DNA from: Promethearchaeota archaeon
GTDB taxonomy: Archaea > Asgardarchaeota > Heimdallarchaeia > Hodarchaeales > Hodarchaeaceae
Assembly (NCBI GenBank): GCA_048938105.1
Contig: JBHLMN010000015.1
Location: forward strand, 97,771-161,770
Direction of reading: 5' to 3'
DNA: 64,000 bases
The notes beneath the pieces were generated by a model, which made no database searches, was not told where the DNA came from, and was given only the letters and a program-made list of their open reading frames with translations. Position numbers and translations under genes: made by a program. Shown here piece by piece: positions 28,848-38,299 of the stretch (within the stretch, counting starts at the first letter, position 1; each line of letters begins with the position of its first letter).

Positions 28848-30197
28848 TTAAGTGAAAAGATTAGTTTTCCCTGTTCGAACAAGCAATTCAGTAATTGCAT
28901 CATTTATTTTAGCAAGCTCTAATTCGAATTGCTTGATTAACTCGAAATAATCTCGACTTGATACTTTTTTTCTGCCTTCTTTGAGTTCCTGTAATGCCTT
29001 TTCGTTTGCTAATTTTCGTAACCGTAGATCGCGTAGGCGGTCGTCTAGAACTCCTGTTACAAAATCAGGTTCCCTTTCTTGATCGGAAGTTGACTCAGTC
29101 GTTCCCTTTGTATTTCCAATTATATTTGAATTAAAATTAAGAGCTGATAGGATTTTTTCCTGATAAATTTCGGAAGACCAATCTCGGAAAGGTTCATGGA
29201 CATATATATCACTGGGACGTCCGTAATAACTAAGTTGGAGTGCATCAAATATTCGCATTAGGGTTTGACAATCAGCTCGTAGTTCATAATCATGTTTAAT
29301 GGTTGTTATTTGAAGCTTATCTCGTTTAAGAAATCCAACGCTTGTTTTTTGAACATCAATCAGATCTTCAGGTGGAAATTCATCATTTACAACAATTTTG
29401 CGAGCTAGGATATTATGTCTTTTTTTACTAAGTATAACAATTCTATCAGTTGTGATTACTAAATCAATAGAACTTTTTCTAATACCACCATTTGGTAATC
29501 CAATATTTGGGAAAAAACCAATAGCTAATTCCCCAGGTACAAAAACAAAGACATCAAAGCACCGTCCAAGATGTCGTGCCATCTCTTCAAACTGATCGCA
29601 CTGATTTTCTATATCCTCAATTAGATCATGAATCGGTTGAAGTTTATCATGGACCGTTTGATCGAAACTGGTAATTTGCTTCTGGAAAAGACTAAGTTGA
29701 AGCGAAAGATTACGATAATCAGTAAAAGAGGAGTCTAATCCCATTAAACTGCGATAGAGTCGATTTAATTTCGAAGCATATTCTTGAAATTCTGATAAGG
29801 TAAAATTTTCGATTTTTTTGGTGTCAAGAAAGATTTTATCGATCTGATTTCCTGGGATTAAAAACTGTTTTCTAAAAGATCGTAGTCTAGATTCAAGATG
29901 CCCCGTACGTTTAAGTACGATTACTGGACGATAAGCTACTTGTTTAAGCGAGCGCTTCAACTCAAAAATATGTTCCAAAGTTTCAGTTTTCAAGTTTTGT
30001 GAAGGAGAACCCATTTCTACGTTCATTGAACCACAAGGACATTTAAACTGGGCATCATCGGTCTGTAGTTGAGAAGCGCACTTGGAACAGAATGCTGCAC
30101 CGCAATCATAACACTTTTGGGAATCTAATTCGCGAATCATGGTGCCACAAAACGAACAATAAAAGCTTGACATCCCGGAAGGCATCTTGAGCACCAC
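28848..30197 (-). CDS. FYVE-like Zn finger / coiled-coil / PH-like / steadiness-box-like protein
   Basis: C-x2-C-x11-C-x2-C-x4-C-x2-C-x12-C-x-C; DLVITTDRIVIL..LIDVQ..KLQITT PH/GRAM-like strands; C-terminus aligns with the Vps23 steadiness box. Confidence 0.65.
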   Translation of the reverse strand: MVLKMPSGMSSFYCSFCGTMIRELDSQKCYDCGAAFCSKCASQLQTDDAQFKCPCGSMNVEMGSPSQNLKTETLEHIFELKRSLKQVAYRPVIVLKRTGHLESRLRSFRKQFLIPGNQIDKIFLDTKKIENFTLSEFQEYASKLNRLYRSLMGLDSSFTDYRNLSLQLSLFQKQITSFDQTVHDKLQPIHDLIEDIENQCDQFEEMARHLGRCFDVFVFVPGELAIGFFPNIGLPNGGIRKSSIDLVITTDRIVILSKKRHNILARKIVVNDEFPPEDLIDVQKTSVGFLKRDKLQITTIKHDYELRADCQTLMRIFDALQLSYYGRPSDIYVHEPFRDWSSEIYQEKILSALNFNSNIIGNTKGTTESTSDQEREPDFVTGVLDDRLRDLRLRKLANEKALQELKEGRKKVSSRDYFELIKQFELELAKINDAITELLVRTGKTNLFT

Positions 30198-30379
30198 GTA
30201 CTATCCCAGTGGGTAAAAACTTTAGCTCTTAGTTTATAAGCTTACAAAGTCTTGACATATTATGCCAATCTAAAAATTAAGAAAATAGTGAATTATAACT
30301 ACTTAGGCTTAGAGGTGCTTCTATAAGTCGTTTTAACTGTTTCATCTACCAATTATTATCAGTTTTAAACAGTACTATC

Positions 30380-30973
30380 TTAAGCACCAATTTCGGACTC
30401 AACTGGCTTATAATACTTATATAACCAATTTGCACTTATTAAAAAGAATACACCGATTAACATCATTACCAAGAGGTATATATTAAGGATAGGAGGATAC
30501 CATGTAACTCCACTCATGAGAGAAACATGGTTCTTCCATGGTTCTTGAATCATTATTATGATTATGAGTAACCATTCTATAAAAATTGAAATAATGGTTA
30601 TTATTGATAACCAATAAAGGATAATAAAATTCTCTTTCCTTAAGAACTCAACTATCGCAAAAATTAATACGAGAATTCCCAACAGAATCATACACCAACC
30701 TGGGATCACGAGATAATCAATTATGCTGTCGAATGCAAAATCCGTAAAATAATATCCTGATTTTCCAGATTCATGAATATAATACGAGTCAAAGAAATAC
30801 GAATATTTGGTAATAAACGAATCTGCGGTAACGAAATACCATCTTTCACTCCTTTCAAAGAAAGGAAATATTTTAGCTGCAGGGATTATCACACAAAGGA
30901 TAAAAAATCCGATAAATAATAAGAAGCGAAATTTAGGCCATCTTTTTTGGTCGAGAGTCAGTTGAGAATGCAT
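30380..30973 (-). CDS. Hypothetical four-TM membrane protein
   Basis: 197-aa ORF with four hydrophobic segments. Confidence 0.65.
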   Translation of the reverse strand: MHSQLTLDQKRWPKFRFLLFIGFFILCVIIPAAKIFPFFERSERWYFVTADSFITKYSYFFDSYYIHESGKSGYYFTDFAFDSIIDYLVIPGWCMILLGILVLIFAIVEFLRKENFIILYWLSIITIISIFIEWLLIIIIMIQEPWKNHVSLMSGVTWYPPILNIYLLVMMLIGVFFLISANWLYKYYKPVESEIGA

Positions 30974-31508
30974 TGGTTTTTTCCTGAATCATCACTTACT
31001 ATTTAATCTTACATTGAAGCCCTATATAAGTTTTACTCATATCTTTCTATTCATGAATCCAGCTTTTTGATCAGATAATCAAGTACAATCCTGATTTTAG
31101 AAACTATCCGTAATTATTATGAAATTTACTTAAGATACCCTATTCATTGGTTTATATTTCGGGATCCGAGGTTTTAGAAGATATTTCTCTAAGTGTAGTT
31201 GCCATTCAGCTAGAGTGGTAAGTGGTTAATCGAAATCAATTATGAAATTATGAGCTATTTTTTTGAGGAAAAATTATGTTACTTAATCAGAGTATATTAG
31301 TGGATCCTGCAATTTGGATCCTGTATAACTATTTATTTAACTATCTTCGTTTATTAAAGACTTGAGGAACCAACATGCCTCCTGAGAATATGGATAAAGA
31401 CAAGTCAGAGGATAATTGATTGGAGCTTTAACCAACTACAGAGCGAATTTTTCAAAACTCTAGAACTAAAATCCTTAGAGGAAATTCAATCCAAGTGAGG
31501 TTAAACAG

Positions 31509-32717
31509 ATGCAAGTGACTCGCACAGAACAAATTTGGATCAAACCCCATAAATCCCTTTCTTGGTTCTGTCATCTCTCAAAAAACCTCTATAACGAAGG
31601 AAATTATCTGATTCGTCAAGAATTGTTCAATAACAAAAAATGGATTCGTTATAATGACCTGTACCACTTACTTAAGACTTCTAATAATTATCAACATCTC
31701 CCTGCCCAGACTAATCAACAGGTCTTGAAAATCCTTGATAGGAACTGGAAAGCTTTTTTTAGCACTATCAGAGAGTGGAAGAAGGATAAATCGAAATTTA
31801 ACGGAAGACCGAAAGCTCCTAGGTATAAACCAAAGAATGGAGAGTTTATACTGGTTTTTACGAACCAGCAAGTGAAATTAAAAGATAAAACCCTGCTATT
31901 TCCAAAAAAAGTAAGTTGTAAGCTGAATACTAGACTTGATGACAAAACTGACATCAGAGAGGTACGAATTATCCCAAAAGGGGTAGGTTATATTGTAGAA
32001 ATCGTCTACGAGAAGAATTTTCATCCTAAACTTATGAATAAAAATAAAATCATTGCAATTGATTTAGGGGTTCACAATTTCATAACTACAGTCAATAACA
32101 ATGGCTTGAAACCATTTGTTATTAAAGGTGGGGTTGTTAAATCCATTAATCAATACTATAACAAAGAACGAGCACGGATTCAATCAACTTATGATCGTCA
32201 GGGAATAAAAACAGGAAAGACCATGCAAAAATTAACAGCTAAACGCAATAAAAAGATAAATGACTATTTCCACAAAACTAGCAGAAAAATTATTGAGTAC
32301 TGCGTAATGAATGACATTGGAACAGTTGTGATCGGGTACAATTCTAATTGGAAGAAAAACAGCCAGATCGGTAAAAAGAATAATCAAAATTTTGTCACTA
32401 TTCCTTATAATAAGCTAATTCAGCAATTAGACTACAAAGCTGAAGAGCAGGGAATAACGGTCATTAAACAGGAGGAAAGTTATTCGAGTAAGTGTTCTTT
32501 TTTGGATAACGAGCCAATCGAAAAACATAACCGATTTCTAGGCCAAAGAATAACTAGAGGACTATTCAAATCCCACAAAGGTATTATCATTAATGCTGAT
32601 GTGAATGGGGCCTATAATATTTTGAAAAAAGCATTCCTGAACGCGGTTGACGCTGACAGGATAGAGGCTGTTGGGTTACATCCCACACGATGGAGACTAG
32701 CTGCGGTAACGAGCTAG
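31509..32717 (+). CDS. tnpB: RNA-guided endonuclease TnpB (IS200/IS605 family), copy 1
   Basis: KNLYN, RuvC motifs IAIDLG, QEESYSSK, INADVNGAYNI. Confidence 0.95.
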   Translation: MQVTRTEQIWIKPHKSLSWFCHLSKNLYNEGNYLIRQELFNNKKWIRYNDLYHLLKTSNNYQHLPAQTNQQVLKILDRNWKAFFSTIREWKKDKSKFNGRPKAPRYKPKNGEFILVFTNQQVKLKDKTLLFPKKVSCKLNTRLDDKTDIREVRIIPKGVGYIVEIVYEKNFHPKLMNKNKIIAIDLGVHNFITTVNNNGLKPFVIKGGVVKSINQYYNKERARIQSTYDRQGIKTGKTMQKLTAKRNKKINDYFHKTSRKIIEYCVMNDIGTVVIGYNSNWKKNSQIGKKNNQNFVTIPYNKLIQQLDYKAEEQGITVIKQEESYSSKCSFLDNEPIEKHNRFLGQRITRGLFKSHKGIIINADVNGAYNILKKAFLNAVDADRIEAVGLHPTRWRLAAVTS

Positions 32718-32771
32718 TTGATGACCTCATGTGAAAAAAGTTGAATAGATTTCTATTCAACTGCAATAACC
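31509..32771 (+). mobile_element. Non-autonomous IS200/IS605-like element; right end ~32771, left end not defined
   Basis: Post-stop sequence shared with copy 2 up to AATAACC; hairpin GTTGAATAG-ATTT-CTATTCAAC at 32740-32761; no tnpA. Confidence 0.75.
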
Positions 32772-32792
32772 TAAAGAATTATAAATGAAATC

Positions 32793-33551
32793 GTGCGAAA
32801 TCTACTCGGAATCATAGATGGGATGATTACAAGAATGGGATTACGGAGAATCGAAGAGAAACTCACTCAGGAAGCTGAGATGAAGCGTAAAGGCGCAGAA
32901 TTAGCACTGAAATCTTTAGAGGAAATGACCCAAAAAGTACAGGATCTTCATAAAGATTTGGAAAAATTAGAAAAAAGATATCAGACAGATTTAAAGAAGA
33001 ATCCCGAATTGTCTCGACGACTAATGGCACTTCGAGAGGAATTAGGCCTTCCCCGTGCCATAGGCATTTATGAGATAGGGAAACAGCCAAGTTTGATGCA
33101 GCGATTGAAAGGGAAGGATGAATATCATAATGTCTTGGCATTACGAATCTTAGAGCTAGGAAAACAAATACGAAGTCAGACTGGTGGACTTCTCAGTGTC
33201 TCAGAATTAACCTTAAAGTTAAGTGATGAGAGTCAAGGAATTACTACCTCAATTGATGACATTACAACAGCTCTCAATTTGTTGAAAAAGAATGGAATGA
33301 TTCATGATATCCGTCAATTAGCAGGGATGAAAGTTGTAGTGTTTATTGATCCTAACCTAACTACAGACCACCAAACTATCTTAGAATTTGCAGCTCGATT
33401 TCAGGGTCAAATCAGCTTAACTGAATTAGTTAGAGAGACATCTTGGACACTGGAACGTGTAAACCAGGGGTTAACACAATTAATCCAACAAAAAATTGCA
33501 ATTAAAACCGAAACTCTGGACGGAATAGTCATATCATTTCCAGGGATCTGA
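32793..33551 (+). CDS. ESCRT-II Vps22/Vps36-like (EAP30) protein; real start may be the ATG of MGLRRI
   Basis: N-terminal helix/coil, LKKNPE, TGGLLSVSEL winged helix, second winged helix ISLTELVRETSWTLERV. Confidence 0.88.
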   Translation: MRNLLGIIDGMITRMGLRRIEEKLTQEAEMKRKGAELALKSLEEMTQKVQDLHKDLEKLEKRYQTDLKKNPELSRRLMALREELGLPRAIGIYEIGKQPSLMQRLKGKDEYHNVLALRILELGKQIRSQTGGLLSVSELTLKLSDESQGITTSIDDITTALNLLKKNGMIHDIRQLAGMKVVVFIDPNLTTDHQTILEFAARFQGQISLTELVRETSWTLERVNQGLTQLIQQKIAIKTETLDGIVISFPGI

Positions 33552-33755
33552 ATTTCTAACCGAATTGGAAATATGTTTTCTTTAAACTTAACCTTGAATT
33601 ATTCTAGGTCTAAACAAATACCAATCTAGGTTCTTCCAATCATTAGTAGGCTATAAAGGATAAAGTAGGAAAAGTCTTAAGTAAGTTTGAAATGATGTAC
33701 ACCTGAAGACTTTTAACTAATAAGAATAATAATTATGCATTAATAATATAGTGAG

Positions 33756-34433
33756 ATGAATTTAACCTTGAAAAGATTTAAAGGTTTTTTAACCGGAAAA
33801 AAACCTAGTAGCTCAACTGAAACAAAAGCAAAGCTGAAACGTACAATCAATCAAATGGAAGTCAAGATTAGGAACTATTCAAGGCAAGCAGATGAACAAT
33901 ATGAACTTGCCCGAACTTTGTTAAAATCAGGTAATAAATTAGGAGCTCAACAGGCATTAAAACGCCGTGAACTCTATTTAACCCAAGTTTCAAACACACA
34001 CAATAAGATTGCAAACCTCCAGCGAACAATTGATACTTTAGACGTATCAGCAGACAATGTTACTCTAACAGAAACTCTCGCTTCTGCTCAAACAGCTATT
34101 GATGCTAATATTGAAGCAGCTTCTCCTGAAAGAACAGAAGAAGTAATGATGTCCTTAGAAGACTCTATTGAAATGGTTTCAGGTATGGAAGAAGCGTTAA
34201 CAGACACTTCAATTACTGAAATTGGAATGGATGTTGAAGCAGATGATCGCATCTCTCAACAAATGGCTGAATTGGAAGCGGAATTAGCTTCTGGTTCGCT
34301 CCCAGAACCAAGTGTGGAGGTAAGCACTCCTTCTCCCCCTGTAACGGAAACATCATCTACTACTAAACGTGAAGCTGAGAAAAAGAAACTAGATGAAATG
34401 CGACGACAAATTGAAGAAGGTCTGAGGTCTTAA
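33756..34433 (+). CDS. ESCRT-III Snf7 (Vps20/32/60-class)
   Basis: Basic N-terminal half with GNKLGAQQALKRR, acidic C-terminal half, LPEP MIM2-like segment. Confidence 0.9.
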   Translation: MNLTLKRFKGFLTGKKPSSSTETKAKLKRTINQMEVKIRNYSRQADEQYELARTLLKSGNKLGAQQALKRRELYLTQVSNTHNKIANLQRTIDTLDVSADNVTLTETLASAQTAIDANIEAASPERTEEVMMSLEDSIEMVSGMEEALTDTSITEIGMDVEADDRISQQMAELEAELASGSLPEPSVEVSTPSPPVTETSSTTKREAEKKKLDEMRRQIEEGLRS

Positions 34434-34435
34434 GA

Positions 34436-35053
34436 ATGGTTTTTGACAAGTTTGGAAATTGGTTAAAAGGTGGAGGTCGTAGCGATGTTAGATCCACACG
34501 AAAATGGATTGTGCGCCTACGCATGGTCGAAAAACGGATGAATCGTCAGCGAAACAAGCTCATTAAAGAAGAAAAACGGATGCTCAAGGAAGTTGAAAGT
34601 TCAATCGAAGCTGGCGATATGACAACAGCACGATTATTAGCTAAAGATGTAGCTAAAAATCGAACCATGGCTCGTGGATGTCAACAAATGGCAAGTCGAG
34701 TAAAAGGTATCAAATTCAAATTAGAGCAGGCTGCTGCAACCCAAGCCATAGGTCAAGATCTCAAAGGGCTAGTAAGAACCCTCCACACAATGAATAAACA
34801 ACTTAAGATTCCTCAGCTTGAAGGTGTCCTTCAACAAATGGAGATTGAAACCGAAAGAGTTGATATGGCTACAGAGGCTATGGATGAAGGTTTCGAGATG
34901 ATGACTTCAGATGTTGAAGAGGACGAAATGGTAGACAAGATAATTGGGGAATTGAGTGCCTCAAAAGCAGCTGCAGCTGACTTTGGACTTCCATCACCGG
35001 ACATTCGTAGTCAAGAACTTCAAAAAGAATTGGAGAAAATCAAAAAAGGATAG
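34436..35053 (+). CDS. ESCRT-III Vps2/24/46-class
   Basis: ARLLAKDVAKNR, M..QLKIPQL, C-terminal LQKELEKIK MIM1-like helix. Confidence 0.9.
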   Translation: MVFDKFGNWLKGGGRSDVRSTRKWIVRLRMVEKRMNRQRNKLIKEEKRMLKEVESSIEAGDMTTARLLAKDVAKNRTMARGCQQMASRVKGIKFKLEQAAATQAIGQDLKGLVRTLHTMNKQLKIPQLEGVLQQMEIETERVDMATEAMDEGFEMMTSDVEEDEMVDKIIGELSASKAAAADFGLPSPDIRSQELQKELEKIKKG

Positions 35054-35111
35054 ATAAGAACCCACCTCAGATTTTCTTTCTCTTAATTGGGTATTTTCTG
35101 GTGATTAAATT

Positions 35112-36257
35112 ATGAGCTCCCCCTTGTTTGATGCTGCTAAAAAGAATGCAGCCATGGCTTACAAACTCGATCAAAGTGGACAAACTTCCCAAGCAGTTCG
35201 GTACTATGTGAATGCTGCTGAACAGCTGCAGCAACTAATTAGTTTTACTGACGATCCAAGTATGAAAAATTTATATTATCAAAAAGCCATGGAATATATT
35301 TTACGTGTAAAGGAAATTCGTGGGATTGTGGGGTCTTCTGAATCTAAGACAGGTTCCACTGCAGCACCTTCAATTGAAGATGATGAGATTTCAGGGGCCA
35401 TCTCAAGCGTTATTGTTAGAGAAAAGCCTAATGTTAAGTGGGAAGATGTTGCTGGGATGGAAGCTGCAAAACGCGCCCTCCGCGAAGCTGTCATTCTCCC
35501 AATGTCTCGACCAGATCTATTCAAAGGCGCTCGCAAACCATGGAAAGGAATCTTGATGTTCGGCCCCCCTGGCTGTGGAAAAACGTATCTCTGTAAGGCT
35601 GTTGCGTCAGAAGTAGATTCAACCTTTTTTTCTGTAAGTGCAGCCAATTTGATCAGTAAGTGGCTTGGAGAGTCCGAAAAATTAGTTAAAGAACTGTATG
35701 ATCGTGCTATTGAAGAATCACCTTCCATAATATTCTTTGATGAAATAGATGCCCTTGCAGGATCAAGAGGCGGTAGCTCTGAGGGAGAAGCAATGCGTCG
35801 GGTTAAAACACAGCTACTACAGGCGGTCGAGGGGTTTGGAACAGGAGAAGAACTACTGGTTACAGTAGGGGCTACAAATACACCCTGGGATATTGATGCA
35901 GCTATGCGTAGACGATTCGAGCGACGGGTTTATGTTACATTACCAACAACTGAAGCTCGGGGAATTATGTTTCAAATTCATACCCGTGGTGTGAAATTAG
36001 ATTCAGATGTTAGTTTTGAAGAATTAGCAAAGTATACTGCGGGGTACAGTGCTGCAGATATTGCTCTCCTCTGTCGTGAGGCCTTAATGCATCCCATTCG
36101 GGAACTCGATGCTGAAGGGGCATTGAAAGATGCAACTATTCAACCTCGAGCCCCTAACTTTAACGATTTTGTCGTTTCTATGGAAAATATCAAGCCATCG
36201 GTATCACCTAAAGAACTGAGCAGGTATGAAGATTGGAAAGATCAATTTGGAGGATAA
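35112..36257 (+). CDS. vps4: Vps4 AAA ATPase (MIT + AAA)
   Basis: MIT domain, EKPNVKWEDVAG, GPPGCGKT, SKWLGESEK, FDEID, ATNTPW, RRRFERR, C-terminal QFG. Confidence 0.97.
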   Translation: MSSPLFDAAKKNAAMAYKLDQSGQTSQAVRYYVNAAEQLQQLISFTDDPSMKNLYYQKAMEYILRVKEIRGIVGSSESKTGSTAAPSIEDDEISGAISSVIVREKPNVKWEDVAGMEAAKRALREAVILPMSRPDLFKGARKPWKGILMFGPPGCGKTYLCKAVASEVDSTFFSVSAANLISKWLGESEKLVKELYDRAIEESPSIIFFDEIDALAGSRGGSSEGEAMRRVKTQLLQAVEGFGTGEELLVTVGATNTPWDIDAAMRRRFERRVYVTLPTTEARGIMFQIHTRGVKLDSDVSFEELAKYTAGYSAADIALLCREALMHPIRELDAEGALKDATIQPRAPNFNDFVVSMENIKPSVSPKELSRYEDWKDQFGG

Positions 36258-36302
36258 CAAGTCCACAAAGTTGACTACATATGAACAGTAAGTTGGGTTT
36301 TT

Positions 36303-37082
36303 ATGGCTGAAATGCAGCGAAAAAAAGATAAGGAAAAGAAGAAAGCAGAATCCATTGATATACTTGGAACAGTCTTAGATGAAGTAACAAAAGAGCATTC
36401 GACTTCGAGATCACCTAATTTGGAACAAATAAGTGCTGAGGTGTCACGATCTTCCCCCACACTTTCATCTGTTCAAAGTAAATCGATATCAGCAGTGCGT
36501 ACTCCTCCTATCTCCACTATTCCCCAACCGGATATAAAACCAAAGCTTCAACCTGGAACTGTTGATCCACGCGTAAAACCTGTTCTACCTGCATGGGTTG
36601 GAAAACCTTGGCGTTGGATGGTGCCCGAAGATCCACAACTAAAAGAACAATGGTTGACAACATGGGGAGAGTTTATTCTGGACTTTGCCCGAGTACTGAA
36701 TTTCCATATCCTTGATCTCCAAGAGGTTGCTTCAGTGTATCCTTTTCAGAATCCTCTTTTGCACCAAAAATTAACGCTTTCTCATATTGTAATGATTTCT
36801 GAGTATCTTATAGAAATAGAAAAAGCGAAGTGGTGGGATGATGAGAAAACACGGTTACGAGTCTACTGGAAAACCTTAAAATCACATGCAGATGACTTGT
36901 TTCATTATGCCTTTCAACATGGTTATGATATGGTCACCGCATTCGACATTGTAAAGATGAAACAAGTGTGGTCAACATTACCTCCAACGGATATCCGAAT
37001 GCTAATGAAAATAATGGTAGAAACGAAACGAGCTTCTTGGGCTGATTCTGAACAGAAGACCATTGAGTTTCATTATACTTAA
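36303..37082 (+). CDS. vps25: ESCRT-II Vps25-like with long Ser/Pro-rich N-terminal extension
   Basis: QWLTTWGEFILDF, PFQN..KL, RLRVYWKT..AD..F winged-helix motifs of Vps25. Confidence 0.82.
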   Translation: MAEMQRKKDKEKKKAESIDILGTVLDEVTKEHSTSRSPNLEQISAEVSRSSPTLSSVQSKSISAVRTPPISTIPQPDIKPKLQPGTVDPRVKPVLPAWVGKPWRWMVPEDPQLKEQWLTTWGEFILDFARVLNFHILDLQEVASVYPFQNPLLHQKLTLSHIVMISEYLIEIEKAKWWDDEKTRLRVYWKTLKSHADDLFHYAFQHGYDMVTAFDIVKMKQVWSTLPPTDIRMLMKIMVETKRASWADSEQKTIEFHYT

Positions 37083-37178
37083 ACGTTAATTTTTCATTTG
37101 AAGTGAAAATGCTAAAATACTCCAAAACTTCTTAACCTTAGTATTAAGAACCTTCATTGGCTCTTAAGGTAAGAAAAG

Positions 37179-37865
37179 ATGAATAATCAGAGGAATTCAC
37201 ACCAAATGTCAATATCTGAGACAGAAGGGGACCTACTTGCCCCCCTAGAAGATTATTTAAAGGCTGGCGTCCACATTGGAACCTCTTCTGGGATGAAGAG
37301 TATGGAGTGGGCCATTTATCGCACACGAAGCGATGGCCTCTACGTCCTAGATGTTCATAAAACTGATGAACGGATCCGTGTTGCTGCCCAATTCCTCTCT
37401 CGACAGAATATAGCGCAAGTTGTAGTTTGTAGTGTCCGAGCATATGGGATTTTTCCTGTTGAGATGTTTTGTAAAATAACGGGAGCAACTCCAATTACGG
37501 GTCGTTTTATCCCTGGTATTTTTACTAATCCCAATATTAAAGGCCGTTATCACTATCTTGAACCAACCACTGTTGTTATTACTGATCCCCATTTTGATCG
37601 TCAAGCATTAAAGGAAGCAGCACGAGTAGGAATCCCAATTGTTTCATTAGTAGATACTGACAACGTAACTAGATATGTTGATCTGGCAATTCCTTGTAAT
37701 AATAAGGGCCGTAATTCTCTAGCAATGATTTTTTGGCTCCTAACAAAAGAATTTCTGAAAGAGAAAGGTGAACTGACCCCTGAACGAGATGCTCAATTAC
37801 GGGTCGAGCATTTCAGGGCACCACGAGGTCGTAGACCCACTCCTGCTAGTGATATAGGATATTAA
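37179..37865 (+). CDS. rps2: 30S ribosomal protein S2 (uS2)
   Basis: YLKAGVHIG, RSDGLY, GRFIPGIFTN, DLAIPCNNKG. Confidence 0.97.
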   Translation: MNNQRNSHQMSISETEGDLLAPLEDYLKAGVHIGTSSGMKSMEWAIYRTRSDGLYVLDVHKTDERIRVAAQFLSRQNIAQVVVCSVRAYGIFPVEMFCKITGATPITGRFIPGIFTNPNIKGRYHYLEPTTVVITDPHFDRQALKEAARVGIPIVSLVDTDNVTRYVDLAIPCNNKGRNSLAMIFWLLTKEFLKEKGELTPERDAQLRVEHFRAPRGRRPTPASDIGY

Positions 37866-37883
37866 TTGAGGTGATCAGGTCAA

Positions 37884-38087
37884 ATGATGGTACCCATCCG
37901 TTGTTATACCTGCGGAAAAGTCATAGCTCATTTGTACGACGAGTATATTGAAGGGTTGAAGGAAGGAAAAGAACCAAAAGAGTTACTTGATTCATTCGGA
38001 TTAACACGCTATTGTTGTAGGCGTATGTTGATAACACATGTTGAATTGATTGATAACATACTTACATTTTCAAGTCCTACTCGCTAA
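37884..38087 (+). CDS. rpoN: RNA polymerase subunit N (Rpo10)
   Basis: MVPIRCYTCGK...RYCCRRM. Confidence 0.97.
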   Translation: MMVPIRCYTCGKVIAHLYDEYIEGLKEGKEPKELLDSFGLTRYCCRRMLITHVELIDNILTFSSPTR

Positions 38088-38091
38088 TCCT

Positions 38092-38198
38092 AGCCCCGTA
38101 GTGTAGTGGTCCATCATAGAGGACTCTGGAGCAATTCTCTAAAATTACGGAATACGTGGCGAAATCCTCTAACCTCAGTTCGAATCTGAGCGGGGCTA
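38092..38198 (+). tRNA. tRNA-Gln(CTG) with a canonical 37/38 intron (~38130-38163)
   Basis: Acceptor stem AGCCCCG/CGGGGCT, anticodon stem GAGGA/TCCTC, anticodon CTG at 38126-38128, T-loop TTCGAAT; CCA not encoded. Confidence 0.92.
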
Positions 38199-38299
38199 TC
38201 TCTTTTCGAACTAGATTCAGATAATAATGCAAACTTTTTTATTAAAAAAAATGTTAGAAAATAAGTTGAGCCCATTATAGGTAAAAGCGAGAGATTTTC

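Noticed and set aside
31340-31498. Possible tnpA/transposase remnant upstream of tnpB copy 1
   Set aside because: A short open frame exists but has no HUH/Y1 or serine-recombinase motif, and no similarity to the copy 2 upstream region
38170-38198. tRNA-Gln 3' end as an integration site
   Set aside because: No duplicated tRNA 3' fragment or integrase seen in the window
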